Position numbers and translations under genes: made by a program
Part shown: positions 21,394 to 32,299 of the stretch, piece by piece
How positions within the stretch are numbered: position 1 is the first letter of the stretch
Layout: each line of letters opens with the position of its first letter
Assembly: GCA_003990765.1 (NCBI GenBank)
Contig: RBNJ01000191.1
Span: 1-37,346, forward strand
DNA length: 37,346 bases
DNA from: Jimgerdemannia flammicorona
Lineage: Eukaryota
Direction: 5' to 3'
Notes under the pieces: model-generated
Seen by the model: only the letters and a program-made list of their open reading frames with translations
Databases searched by the model: none
What the model was told of the DNA's origin: nothing

Positions 21394-22887
21394 TGTGATG
21401 AGCAACAGAATTATACCACCAAATTTATAAATTAGTCATATACTATATCTAGTGTACTAAGTAACCAAGACTGCTTTACTGTACCAACTTGTATATTTAA
21501 CCAGAGATACCAGAAATAGAGTATGTTTACCTATATCCTCTAAGTTTACCATACTCTCAAGATACACTATACCCTCAAGGTACACTGCACTCTTTAGGAA
21601 TACTTGCCATAAATAGTAATCTATAGTTAGCAATATAGTAATTAGTAGCAACCACAACTATATAAAATACCCCAGAGATAAGAGTATAAACCTCAGTCTA
21701 AAATTGAATCTAAAGCAATAGTATTCCTTTTTCACTCCAGTTCACTTTCTGATACAAAAGATTGGTATGCTTACCAGACTAAGCCTGAAGATCTGAATTG
21801 GTACACTTGCCAGACTAAGCCTAAAGATCTGATTTGGTATGCTTGCCAGACTAAGCCAGAAGAGAAGAGTCTGAATTGAATCCAAAGCAAAAGTCAAGTC
21901 TGCCTATCATACTTTGAGAGGAACTCTACAGCCATTACTAGAAGATTGTGAGCAAAGCATTTCTTTCTACTCCAGTCTACTTTTCAATATAAAGAAAATT
22001 TTGTTAAGTTTTTGGTTCACTTGCCAGATAAGCCTGAAGAATCCAAGAAATCTGCCTAAGTTCAAAAGAAGAGCTTGCCACCTTTGGAGTTATTTGCCAC
22101 ATTCCCAGAGAGTCTTAAGGAACCTTACCATAAGCCAGTCTCTTGATACAACTTTGCAGTGAAGTCAGTCTATGATGTAACCCTGTATAAATGAAGCCAA
22201 TCTTTGATGTAACTTATCAAGAATCCCTCACCAGATATTATTCTCAGAAGAGCCTGCTGATTCAGAAAGAATTCATGATATCTAAGTTATCTGAGTTACC
22301 TGAATTATCTATATCATCTGAGTTATTTATCTATTTCCAGTGAGAAAAATCTGCCACCAGTATAATTCCCAGTAAGTTGATTCAGAAGAATCTGCACCAT
22401 CCTCTATTCCCAGTAAAATCTGCATCTAAATCAAGAAGTCTGCCAAAGACCATCATGCCAAGATCATTGCTCAGAAACCTCATACTTTTGGAGATCATTG
22501 TACTATATATAGATTGCCTGCTACTCAAGAAGGAGAACTGTCAAATTGCCAGATCATCCTGTATTAGGAATCCCGTCATGCTACACAGAGATCATATGTA
22601 GGAATTGCATAAAGAGAACTGCTAAATTGCCAGACTGTCACACATAAGGAACATCTATGCCTCATAATGAAATTGCTACTATACTCAAAGAACCATCCTA
22701 ATAAGGAAACTGATGCACAAATCAACTGCCATATGATCAGAAGAAATACCATTATATCCAGATTGACTATTATACCACTAAATACTAAGAACATTTTGTT
22801 ACTTTTAATAAAGTAACTAGGTGCTCAAGCCAAACTACATCAACCCCCAATCTTGTAATTTATCTCTATTGAGCCAAGTACATTACA
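21394..22887 (+). repeat. 5' LTR of family B (1494 bp)
   Basis: TGTGATGAGC...CATTACA; direct repeat of 26504-27960; three 36-bp internal units at 21762-21860. Confidence 0.93.
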
Positions 22888-23094
22888 TTTGGAGGCTCAA
22901 CTGAGAAGACTTTAAAATCAATATGACTTTTCAGCTCATAAGAACCCACAGTCAAACTGGATATATTAGATAAAATACTAATCTCTACCACTATAGGAGA
23001 ACTAGTCATCACTAGTATCTGGACAGGAAGAGAAGTAATTACTTCAAGACTTACCAACTATGTGGCATTAGAAGGATCTCAATCAGAAACCAGT

Positions 23095-26000
23095 ATGGCC
23101 CCAAATCCTCAACCAGATCAATTAGACAACACAGGCAGCCCTGTTCAAGACTTTGAAGAACTTATTCAAGAACTAGAAGATCTTATTGCACAAGCCTAAA
23201 ATTCTGCAGCCAGATACTCCACAGCAGTTCGACCAATCTCATCCATTGAACCCTTACCACCAGCCCTTGCAAAACTGAAAGCAGCTCCTTCAAGAATACC
23301 TAGGCTTATTCTATTTTGTCCAAGGTCCAGAATACCATCCTCAAGATACCCAAGCACCCCCATCTCCAGTAATTGTTCAGAAAGTAAATCAGAGTCAGAA
23401 TCTGAATCAGTATCTGGACCAGAACTAGAATTAGAAGAAAGTAATAATGAAATAGTCACCTCATTGCCAATCTTTATAGGATATCTAAAGAAAGACCCTA
23501 GGAAATTCCTTGATGGAATTGAAGGAATCACAGCCCTGAGAAATCTCTCAGATGAAAGGAAAATCACTATCTACAAGGCTCAGCTCAGAGAACCAGCCAG
23601 AGGAAAGTTTCACCAAACAGCAAATGATCCAAATTCAGAACTGGCAACAGAAATACAAGTAATAGTATCCTATGAGCTAGAATATATAGCCATGGCTCAC
23701 TGACTCATTGAAAAATATGCAGAAAATTAAATCTGCTACAAGGCTCAAGAATTTATCATAGCAATGAAGATGAATCTTAGAGAATCACCTAGAGCATTCT
23801 TCACAAGAATCTAGAAGAGAATGCATACACTAGGTGCAATATTACCAACTAAGACATCATAGGTCCAATGACCTTCATGAATGGAATTCCCCTAAACATT
23901 GCTCATTATATCCATACTCTAGGCATCAGAAGGTCTAAAGAGCAAGTAGATACAGTCTAAGGATTCTTTAATGTCAGACAAGGAACTACCTGAAGTAACT
24001 ATGATAAGAAGGATGATAAAGAAGACATCCTGGTCAAAGCCCTACAAGGACTTCTTCAAGGACAAGAGAGATTTAAAAAAAGAAGGTCAGCCAAAGAAGG
24101 AAAGAAGGACAGAAGTAAAATCCAAGACCTCAGCTCTAAGTTAGACTGATTAGTTGACAGATTGAAAAGCTTACCATATGTGAAAGTCAGAGTTATCAAG
24201 ACAACAGAGGATACCCACTACAAAGGAGCCAAGGTTATCCATCAAGAGATAACAGAAACTACCAGCAAGAAGAAAGAAGATATCCTGTCTGAGACAAAGC
24301 CCAAGTCCAATACTTTTACTATGGACAATTTGGACACTATACTACTGAATGTGATAACAAAAGAAATGACTAAAGGGACTCAGAACTACCAAACCAAAGG
24401 AATGAAACCCAGTACAAGAAGACTGAAGTCCATCCTGTTGAAGATTTGGAAGAAGAAAGCAACAGTGAAGACTACAGTGATCCAGACTTATATCTAGCCT
24501 AAGTCAGTATCCAAAAAACAGTTTACCCAGCAGAGAAAAGAAAGAGACCTGTTGGAAGGCCATCTAGAAATATCAGCAGAAGAATCATCTAAGAATAAGA
24601 TGAGGAATATAAAGAAGAGTAGGTAGAAACACCTCCCTAAACTCTCTCACTCTTTGTCTCTAAGACAAATGAGCTGTCACCAAAAGATGAAGAAATGAGA
24701 TAAGAAGAATTATAGCCTACTGCCCCAAAGCCCAAGAAGAAGTATATGCCAAAGACTATATTTAGGGATATCTATAATGAAGCCTGGTAAAAGATTTAAG
24801 AAACCAAGATAGAAGTCCCTCTCCTGTAGGTTTGCAACAGACACCAGTTGGAGTCTGAAACAAATTTCTGAGAACTACCAGGTCAAGCACTGGCCAAGTC
24901 CCAATCCCACAGTAGGTGTCAGCCCCTACCCCTATCCAGGCTGCAGATAGATATGTCAGCACTTATCTACATAGAGATATTAGAGGACAAAAGGCAAAAA
25001 TTCTCATAAACATAGGAGCAGCCATCTGTATTATTGCCAAATGATTTCTAGATACCCTCTAATGGCCCATTGATGGACCATCCAACCTCAGCATCATAGT
25101 AGCAGATAGAGCCCAAACCCAACCTCTTGGAGAAGTATGAAACATCACTATTTCTCTTGGACACATTCAGTTCTCTATCTTAAAAGCTATTATTACTGAA
25201 GCTGTCATCTATGACATGATTCTGGGCACCAACTGGATGAAGAAAATGAATGCAGTTGTTGATAGCAGTCAATAAGTACTCAAGTTTGACTACTGAGGCA
25301 ATAAGTATAGAGTTAAGATAACCAGCTATGAGCAATCAAAGAAGAAAAAGAAGGTCACTATCTAGGAAGAATATGCTAGTAGCAAAGAATCTACCACAGA
25401 AGAGAAAGAGGAATCTGAAGATAGAAATGATCCCAGACTCAATCCCCAAATCAATCTGGTGGATGACAGGTCAGAAGACAATGTATGGACCAAGAACATC
25501 ATCCCCATCACTATTGGAGCCATTGCAGGAGAAATCAAAGGATGCCCTACCTGTCTCAAGAGATACAAGTGCTCTGAGCACTCCTCCAAAATCATTGGGA
25601 TAAGGAATTCACCTGGCATGGTCTGCCCCAAGTATAGAAAGAAGAAGAAGAAATGCAGACATGTTCCAGAGACACCTGCAGCCAAAGCTGCAGAAGTATA
25701 AGCAATTTGGAGTCAAGAATCATCTGAGGAAGAAGAAGCCACTGAACAAGAAGTACCTGAGGAAGAAGAAGTCCCCAAACACATTTTCTGCAATAACTCT
25801 TGCTGGACACCACCTAAAGATAATAACCCTTGAAATATGGAAGAAGGACTCAGCACAATCTCCATTATTCCTAAGAAAGAAACTCACCAAGAAAGGACTT
25901 TTCAGCTAGGAAGATGCCCACACCAAATGGTCTTTCACCCCCTCTAAGACTACTGCTATCAGTGCCATCTACTAGATCAGCAAGAAAGACAGAGACCCCA

Positions 26001-26463
26001 AAGACCAGAACCCCCAACTATAGTTGCACAGTCAACTACCTTCTAAGAAGTTACCACTAAGCTGCAAAGTCAATTTAGAGGATAAGGTCTCTTTATCTAA
26101 ATAGAAGTATATCTCTTATCCACTCTTCTCCAAACTTATGATCAAGATGGATACTGATTCCCAAGATAGCAAGAGATCAATAACTGGAAATAGCATTTCT
26201 GAGCAATGAGATATTGTAATTATAGAAGACACCTAGACTGCTAAGAATACAGATATCAGAAGATTCACCTCAGTTATAATGTTGCAATCCACACCCTGAA
26301 GAGAGGAGATAAAAGAGGCCAGATCTAAAAAAGCCAGACCAAGAAGCCAGGAAGAAGGACCCTTAAGATCTATAATCTAAGAGAAGACATCCTAGCTCTT
26401 ATCAGACATACAACCCACCAAGGATGGATAGAAGATGCTTATGCATATTAGAATGATGACTAA
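23095..26463 (+). pseudogene. gag-aspartic protease plus Cys/His-rich C-terminal extension
   Basis: Gag-like 'LPIFIGYLKKDPRKFLDGIE...AQLREPAR'; protease 'KILINIGAAICII...DMILGTNWM' (~25000-25240); then an acidic/Cys-rich tail 'GCPTCLKRYKCSEH', 'VCPKY', 'RCPHQMVFHPL*DYCYQCH'. Confidence 0.8.
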
Positions 26464-26503
26464 AGGATTGTCTGAGGGCAGACCATCCTTTAGTGGGAGC
26501 TGA

Positions 26504-27960
26504 TGTGATAAGCAACAGAATTGTATCACCAAATTCATAAATTAGCTATATACTATATCTAGTACACTAAGCAACCAAGACTGCTTTACTGCACCAACTT
26601 GTATATTTAACCAGAGATACCAGAAATAGTATGTTTACTTGTACCCTCCAGGTACACCATACCCTCAAGGTATACTGTACCCTTAAGGTACACTGTACCC
26701 TCCAGAAACACTTGCTATAGATAGCAATCTATAGTTAGTAATACAGTAACTAGTAGCAACCACAACTGTATAAAATACTCCAGAGATAATAGTGAATAAA
26801 CCTCAGTCCAAAATTGAATCTAAAGCAACAGCATTCCTTTTCCACTCTGGTCTACTTTCTGATACAAAAGATTGGTATGCTTACCAGACTAAGCCTGAAG
26901 ATCCGATTTGGTATGCTTGTCAGACTAAGCCAGAAGAGAAGAGTCTGAATTGAATCCAAAGCAAAAGTCAAGTCTGCCTACCATACTTTAAGAGAAACTC
27001 TACAGCCACTGCTAGGAGATTGTAAGCAATGCATTTCTTTCCCCTCTGGTCCACTTTCCAATACAAAGAAGAGTTTGTTATATTTTTGTTTCACTTGCCA
27101 GATAAGTCTGAAGAATCCGAGAAATCTGCCTAAGTTCAAGAAGAACTTCACCACCTTTTGAGTTATTCACTGCATTTTCAGAGAGTCTTAAGGAACCTTA
27201 CTACAAGCCAGTCTCTTGGTGCAACTTCACAGTAGAGTCAGTCTATGACATAATCCCATGCAAATGAAACTAGTCTTTGACATAACTTGCTAAGAATCCC
27301 TCACCAGATATTATTCCCAGAAGAGCCCACTGATTCAGGAAGAATCTGTGATATCTGAGTTATCTAAGTTATCTGAATTATCTGTATCATCTAAGTTATT
27401 CATCCATTCCTAGTGAGAAGAATCTGCTGTCAGTATAATTCCCAGTGAGCCAATTCAGAAGAATCCATGCCATCCTCTATTCCCAGTAAAATCTGCATCC
27501 AAATCAAGAAATCTGTCAAAGATCATCTTGCCAAGATTGTCACTCAGAAATCTCATACTTTTGAAGATCATCGCACTACACAGAGATCACCTACAGCCCA
27601 AGAAGAGAACCGTCAAATTGCCAGATCATCCTGTATTAGAAATCCCATCATGCTACACAGAGATCGTCACACAGGAATCGCATAAGGAGAACTGCCAAAT
27701 TGCTAGACTGATATGCATAAGGAATACCCATGCCTCATAACAAAATTGCCACTACACCCAAAGAACTGTTCCAATAAGAAAACTGACACACAAATCGACT
27801 GCCACATGACCAGAAGAAATACTGTTGTATCCAGATTGACTATTATACCACTAAATATCAAGAATATTTTGTTGCTTTTAACAAAGTAACTGGGGGCTCA
27901 AGCCAAACTACATCAATCCCCAATCTTGTAATTTGCCTCCATTGAGCCAGATATGTTACA
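26504..27960 (+). repeat. 3' LTR of family B (1457 bp)
   Basis: TGTGATAAGC...TGTTACA; only two of the 36-bp units. Confidence 0.93.
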
Positions 27961-29045
27961 ATAGATTAAATCAAGTTTGCTGAATATGTATTTTATCTGT
28001 TCTTCAAATAGATGCTGGGATGCTTTATTTTCTATTCAATCCTTATAGAAGTTCTTGAGATATATTGTCAGTAATTCTTCACCAAACTGTTCCTAATTAT
28101 TCTTTTCAGGCTCAATTTGTCTATGTATTCTAAGTATTAATACTATATATTGAATACATCAGATATAGTTGTCATATATATGGAGGTTTTTATATTACTC
28201 AGTATATTATTGATTATATAAAGATTGCCTCATATTAATACTGTTATATATAATCTCCTTATTATTCTTTAAACTATATATGATTGCTTCCATTGAATAT
28301 ATATATATTTCTTTATCACTATGGGTCATCATTTTGCTAATTGAAAGAGATTCCTACTTATCTTCAGAGTATATACATAGTATATTCTAAAATATATCCG
28401 TGAGCTCTATAATATTCATAAAGAGGAATATACTAATATTTCCACTTTCTTGAGCATATATGATATTATTATTATCTAACTTAATTAGTACCAGATACTC
28501 AAAGAACTCATATATAAAGACCTATTCTCAGTAAGCTGTTATATATTATATAGTACCTGAATCCATATACTATATATCATTATTATTAGCTATATTGATA
28601 TATATTTTACTTATCTTAACATTATTGTTTTTTGCTAGCTCAAAAATATATAGCTTAGTTATGAATATAGATATTTTCTTTAGATACTCAGTACATATTA
28701 CTTATATATAAAATATACCTCTATCTTAATTATTATTAGTTTTACATAATAGTATTTATATTATATTGCTCTTTATTGTCATATTTCTTTCCACTGCTCT
28801 TATATTATCAATACTAGCTTTTATACTTATTTTCATAATTCTTCTTATTCTTATAATTGCAATTATTCTATATATATCTATACTTGCTATAGTAATGATA
28901 GTTTCTGTTAAACTTTTGTATTTTTGACCTTATTGATATTTCTTATCTCATCTACATATATGACCTATAGAATACTTTCTGATTATTGATATTACTACTA
29001 TTTTTTTAATACATCTTTTTATTGATGAGACTCATTGTTATATAG
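27961..29045 (-). pseudogene. Copia gag C-terminus, protease and pre-integrase Zn-binding segment
   Basis: 'I*YMDSGTI*YIT' (WxxDSGATxHMT), 'I*Y*YLEYI' (WHxRLGH), 'LDLI' at the junction. Confidence 0.8.
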
Positions 29046-32000
29046 TATAACAGTGATCTCAAAATAGTGACATCATCACAGAAGATAGTCTTTCCTTATA
29101 AGTCACTAGATCAGAGTTCAAGAAGATCATATGTTATGACTTACTTAGGCTATAAGATGAGCAATTATGACCAACCATAAGTCATCATGACTATAAGATA
29201 GATATCTTAAAGAATATAAAAGAAGGACTAAGGAACTGCAGCAGCAGCAACTTAAACAAAACTTACAAAATCCTGAAATAGTTCAAAGACTCACTATAAA
29301 CAAAATGCTTACTACCCACCAAACCTCAAGATCAAAAAATCACCAAGGCTTCTCAGTCTAAGAAAAGATATTCTAAGATATCAAGAGAGACATGAGAATC
29401 TGTACTATAAGGACTCCTAGCCTCAACCTAGATACTAGTAACTCTTACTACTTTATCCTCAACTGCTATAAAATGGAAACAAGGATCACCATTGCTATCA
29501 AATGTCTCTAGATATAACAAGAGTACAAAATAGAAAACCTTCTATGCCAGGAATTCCCTCAGACTAGTCCCCAAGAGATATAAGATGCTATCTCTAAAAT
29601 TGAGGATAGTCAAAAAGATCCATTAGGTCTTCAGGCATATACCTTGGTAAATTCCCAATCTGGAGTATACCAGAGTCTCAGACTTCAAGAAATTGTCAGC
29701 CTGCTTAAATCCCATTCTCAAGAACAATTCTGATCAATTTCTGTAAGGATTAATCTCAGTATTCTAAGGCCCAATTATTCAGATTAGGCCTCCTCAAGAT
29801 CCTATCTTTATCTCCTACTTTATAAAAGAGAACCTCATAGATTAAAGAACTCCTGATCTTTTTGCTCCTACTGCTACTGAATATGATAATATCATCTGTG
29901 ATGATGCATTCAGTGATGACATCATCCTACTAATTAGCAATATACACAAAGTATGTAAAATATATGATATATGTAAAATATATAAGATGGATGAAATGTT
30001 CACCAATCTCAGTTTCTTTGAGGACATTCTGACCCCTAGTAGTGATGAAGATGAGGTTTTCAGAATTCTGAACATTCTGCTCTGAGTTCTTTGTGTAACT
30101 ATAATTCTTCTGACATTCTGATCCTATATAACTATCAGAAATTCCAGAATTCTGATCTTATATAACTATTTGTATAGATACTTGAATTTGTACTTATAAT
30201 CTGAAGTTTTCTTTGTTTAAGTACCCCATTTATTTAGTTATTGGAATTTATATTTAGTTTTATAACTTAGCAACCTTTGAATTATATTTTGTATAAATAC
30301 CCCTCTCATTTCTTTTGAAATAAAGTCAATAGTCAAGTAGTCAAGTATTCAAACACTTAAACATTTAAGTCCCCAACTACTCAAGAGCATATAAGTTCCA
30401 GTCCTCTACTCAATTCCAAGCAAGCAAATCTAAGAGACAACAGAACATTTTAAAGATAAGAAGTTTGAGGACTATATAACCTTGAGAAGGCACTCCAATA
30501 GAACTTGCTTATAAGAAACTTATGGTTGGTCTAAGAGATATATCTTGAAGAGAATTGACATACTTGGAGAACTTAGCACCTACTACATGATAACTTCATG
30601 CCTATTGGCTGGTAATACTATTAGGATTCTTCACTTTTAAGCTAAAAAATGAATAACTATCACAACAACTACTCTGACTACAAGAGTCACCCCTACAAGA
30701 ATTCAAGATAAGATAAAAATATATCCCATCACATTCTATGGATTCACCACTAAAGAGTCAATCCTGATATTTATTAAAAACTTTGAACAATTTGCCATCA
30801 TATGGGCTCTCACTGTAGAAGTACAATTGGTCCTTTTACCAGTCAGCCTCAGAGGACCTATCAGAGATAAGCTCAATATAGCCACTATTGTTGATACTAG
30901 TGCCACCAAACTCACTAATATGAAGAACTTTCTCAGAACTACATACTATACTGAAGAGATCAAACAAGCTCTCAAAGTTCAACTCAATATATCTACTAGA
31001 GATTCAGCAAAGATCCCAACTCATTCTACATCTAAATCTGCCACTAGATTGTCTTAGCTAGCTATGATGACCACCTCAAAGAACAGATAGCTGATTCAAT
31101 ATTTCTAAAAGAAGTCTACCAAAAAATCATCCTGGCAATCCAATCTACCCCAGCTACTCTAACCCTTGATCAGAAAGTGGTCTTTATATAGAGATGTTTA
31201 ACTGCTAGACACTCTGCTGAACACTCAATGGAATGAATAACTAGCATCAAGATAAAGTCACCAAAGCCAACCAGTATCATACTTACTACAGCTATCAAGA
31301 GATAATAATCCCCATCTATCTCCAAGATGACCAAAGCTGACCCAGTGGGGGAACTTGCCCAGCAGTTTGCCTAGATAACTATATATCTTAGAGATGTTGT
31401 TAGAGAAGTACAAAGCACCAATAGGAGACCAGTGTAGAAGTTTGCAGCTATTACAGAGGAGTACACCATCACATACTTCAAATATAGAGAAGAAGACCAC
31501 TATATAAAGAATTGTATAACTGAAACAAGGCATAGAGCTCAACTAAGTAATACTATCAAAACTAGAGAACAAATCAATACTGTAGTCATCAAGGAGATTA
31601 GTGATACTGATGATGAAGAATACTATAAAGAGTCTGAATTCTACCCTATTACTTAAGGTACCAGAACCCAGTCCAAGCTCTATAATAAGAAGAGCAACAG
31701 TAAGATAGTTGGAAGACCAAAAAGACCTCAACCATCACTATTCAAAGTAAGACCCAATCTGAGGAGATTGATCAAGATATGGAGTTAGATGAAGCTATCT
31801 GCCAAATTATTGAAGACATTACTTCAGTCTCAGGAGAAAAAAAGCAAAAAAGAACAGAAGCTATACAAGACCAAGATTCACTAGTATGATATTTACAAGG
31901 ACCTCAAGGAACAGAAGGTTAATGCTACTTTTGGACAACTAGCAGAAGTCTCTACCTTCAGACAGCAGTTGAGAGTAGGACTTGTAACCACTGTTAAGAA

Positions 32001-32208
32001 CAAAGATTACAAGATCATTGAAGCTCACAATATACAAGAAGATGAACAAAAAGACTCAGATAAAGAATCTGAAAATCAGTGCAAGACCTCAGCCTATATC
32101 TAATATCAGATTGAAGATTGTATCTTTGATATTATCATTGATACTAGTGCTGGTAAGTAAGAAGGCAATTGACTACCAAGGCTGGGACATTGAAGAATCT
32201 ATCAAAAT

Positions 32209-32210
<2 letters not shown>
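29046..32210 (+). mobile_element. Second family-A gypsy element, 5' part (5' LTR 29046-30592, gag, protease), interrupted by the LINE
   Basis: LTR colinear with 2198-3751 (1547 vs 1554 bp); gag-like 'PITFYGF...LLPVSLRGPIR'; protease 'DIIIDTSAG' at ~32130 immediately before the poly(T). Confidence 0.85.
29305..30085 (+). pseudogene. Second copy of the LTR-encoded ORF
   Basis: ATG at 29305: 'MLTTHQTSRSKNHQGFSV...MRICTIRTPSLNLDT...KMETRITI...EDILTPSSDEDEVFRILNILL*'; the stop is at the homologous position. Confidence 0.7.
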
Positions 32211-32269
<59 letters not shown>

Positions 32270-32299
32270 GTCACTTAGACTGCCCTTTATTACTGCTGT

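Larger units (their letters stand above)
21394..27960 (+). mobile_element. Complete family-B LTR element (6567 bp): LTR-PBS-gag-protease-unknown tail-PPT-LTR; no RT/RH/IN
   Basis: TG...CA LTRs at 21394-22887 and 26504-27960; 4-bp TSD ATAG, whose removal restores the copia 'LDLIYIDI' frame; PBS TGGAGGCTCAACTGAGA at ~22890; purine-rich AGTGGGAGCTGA before the 3' LTR. Confidence 0.93.
11875..29045 (-). mobile_element. Ty1/copia retrotransposon relic, split by nested insertions; probable 3' LTR at ~12044-11875
   Basis: Three coding segments in copia order (PR-IN-RT-RH) on the minus strand; PPT-like TTGAGCAGGAG followed by TATTGA(<TGTTGA) at 12044. The 5' part is displaced by the insertion at 29046. 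Confidence 0.85.

Noticed and set aside
21914..22794. ORF fragments inside the family-B LTRs (also 27467-27740)
   Set aside because: They are shared only because the two LTRs are copies of each other. I could not establish one consistent frame or any selection signal, so I do not call a gene; a family alignment could revisit this.
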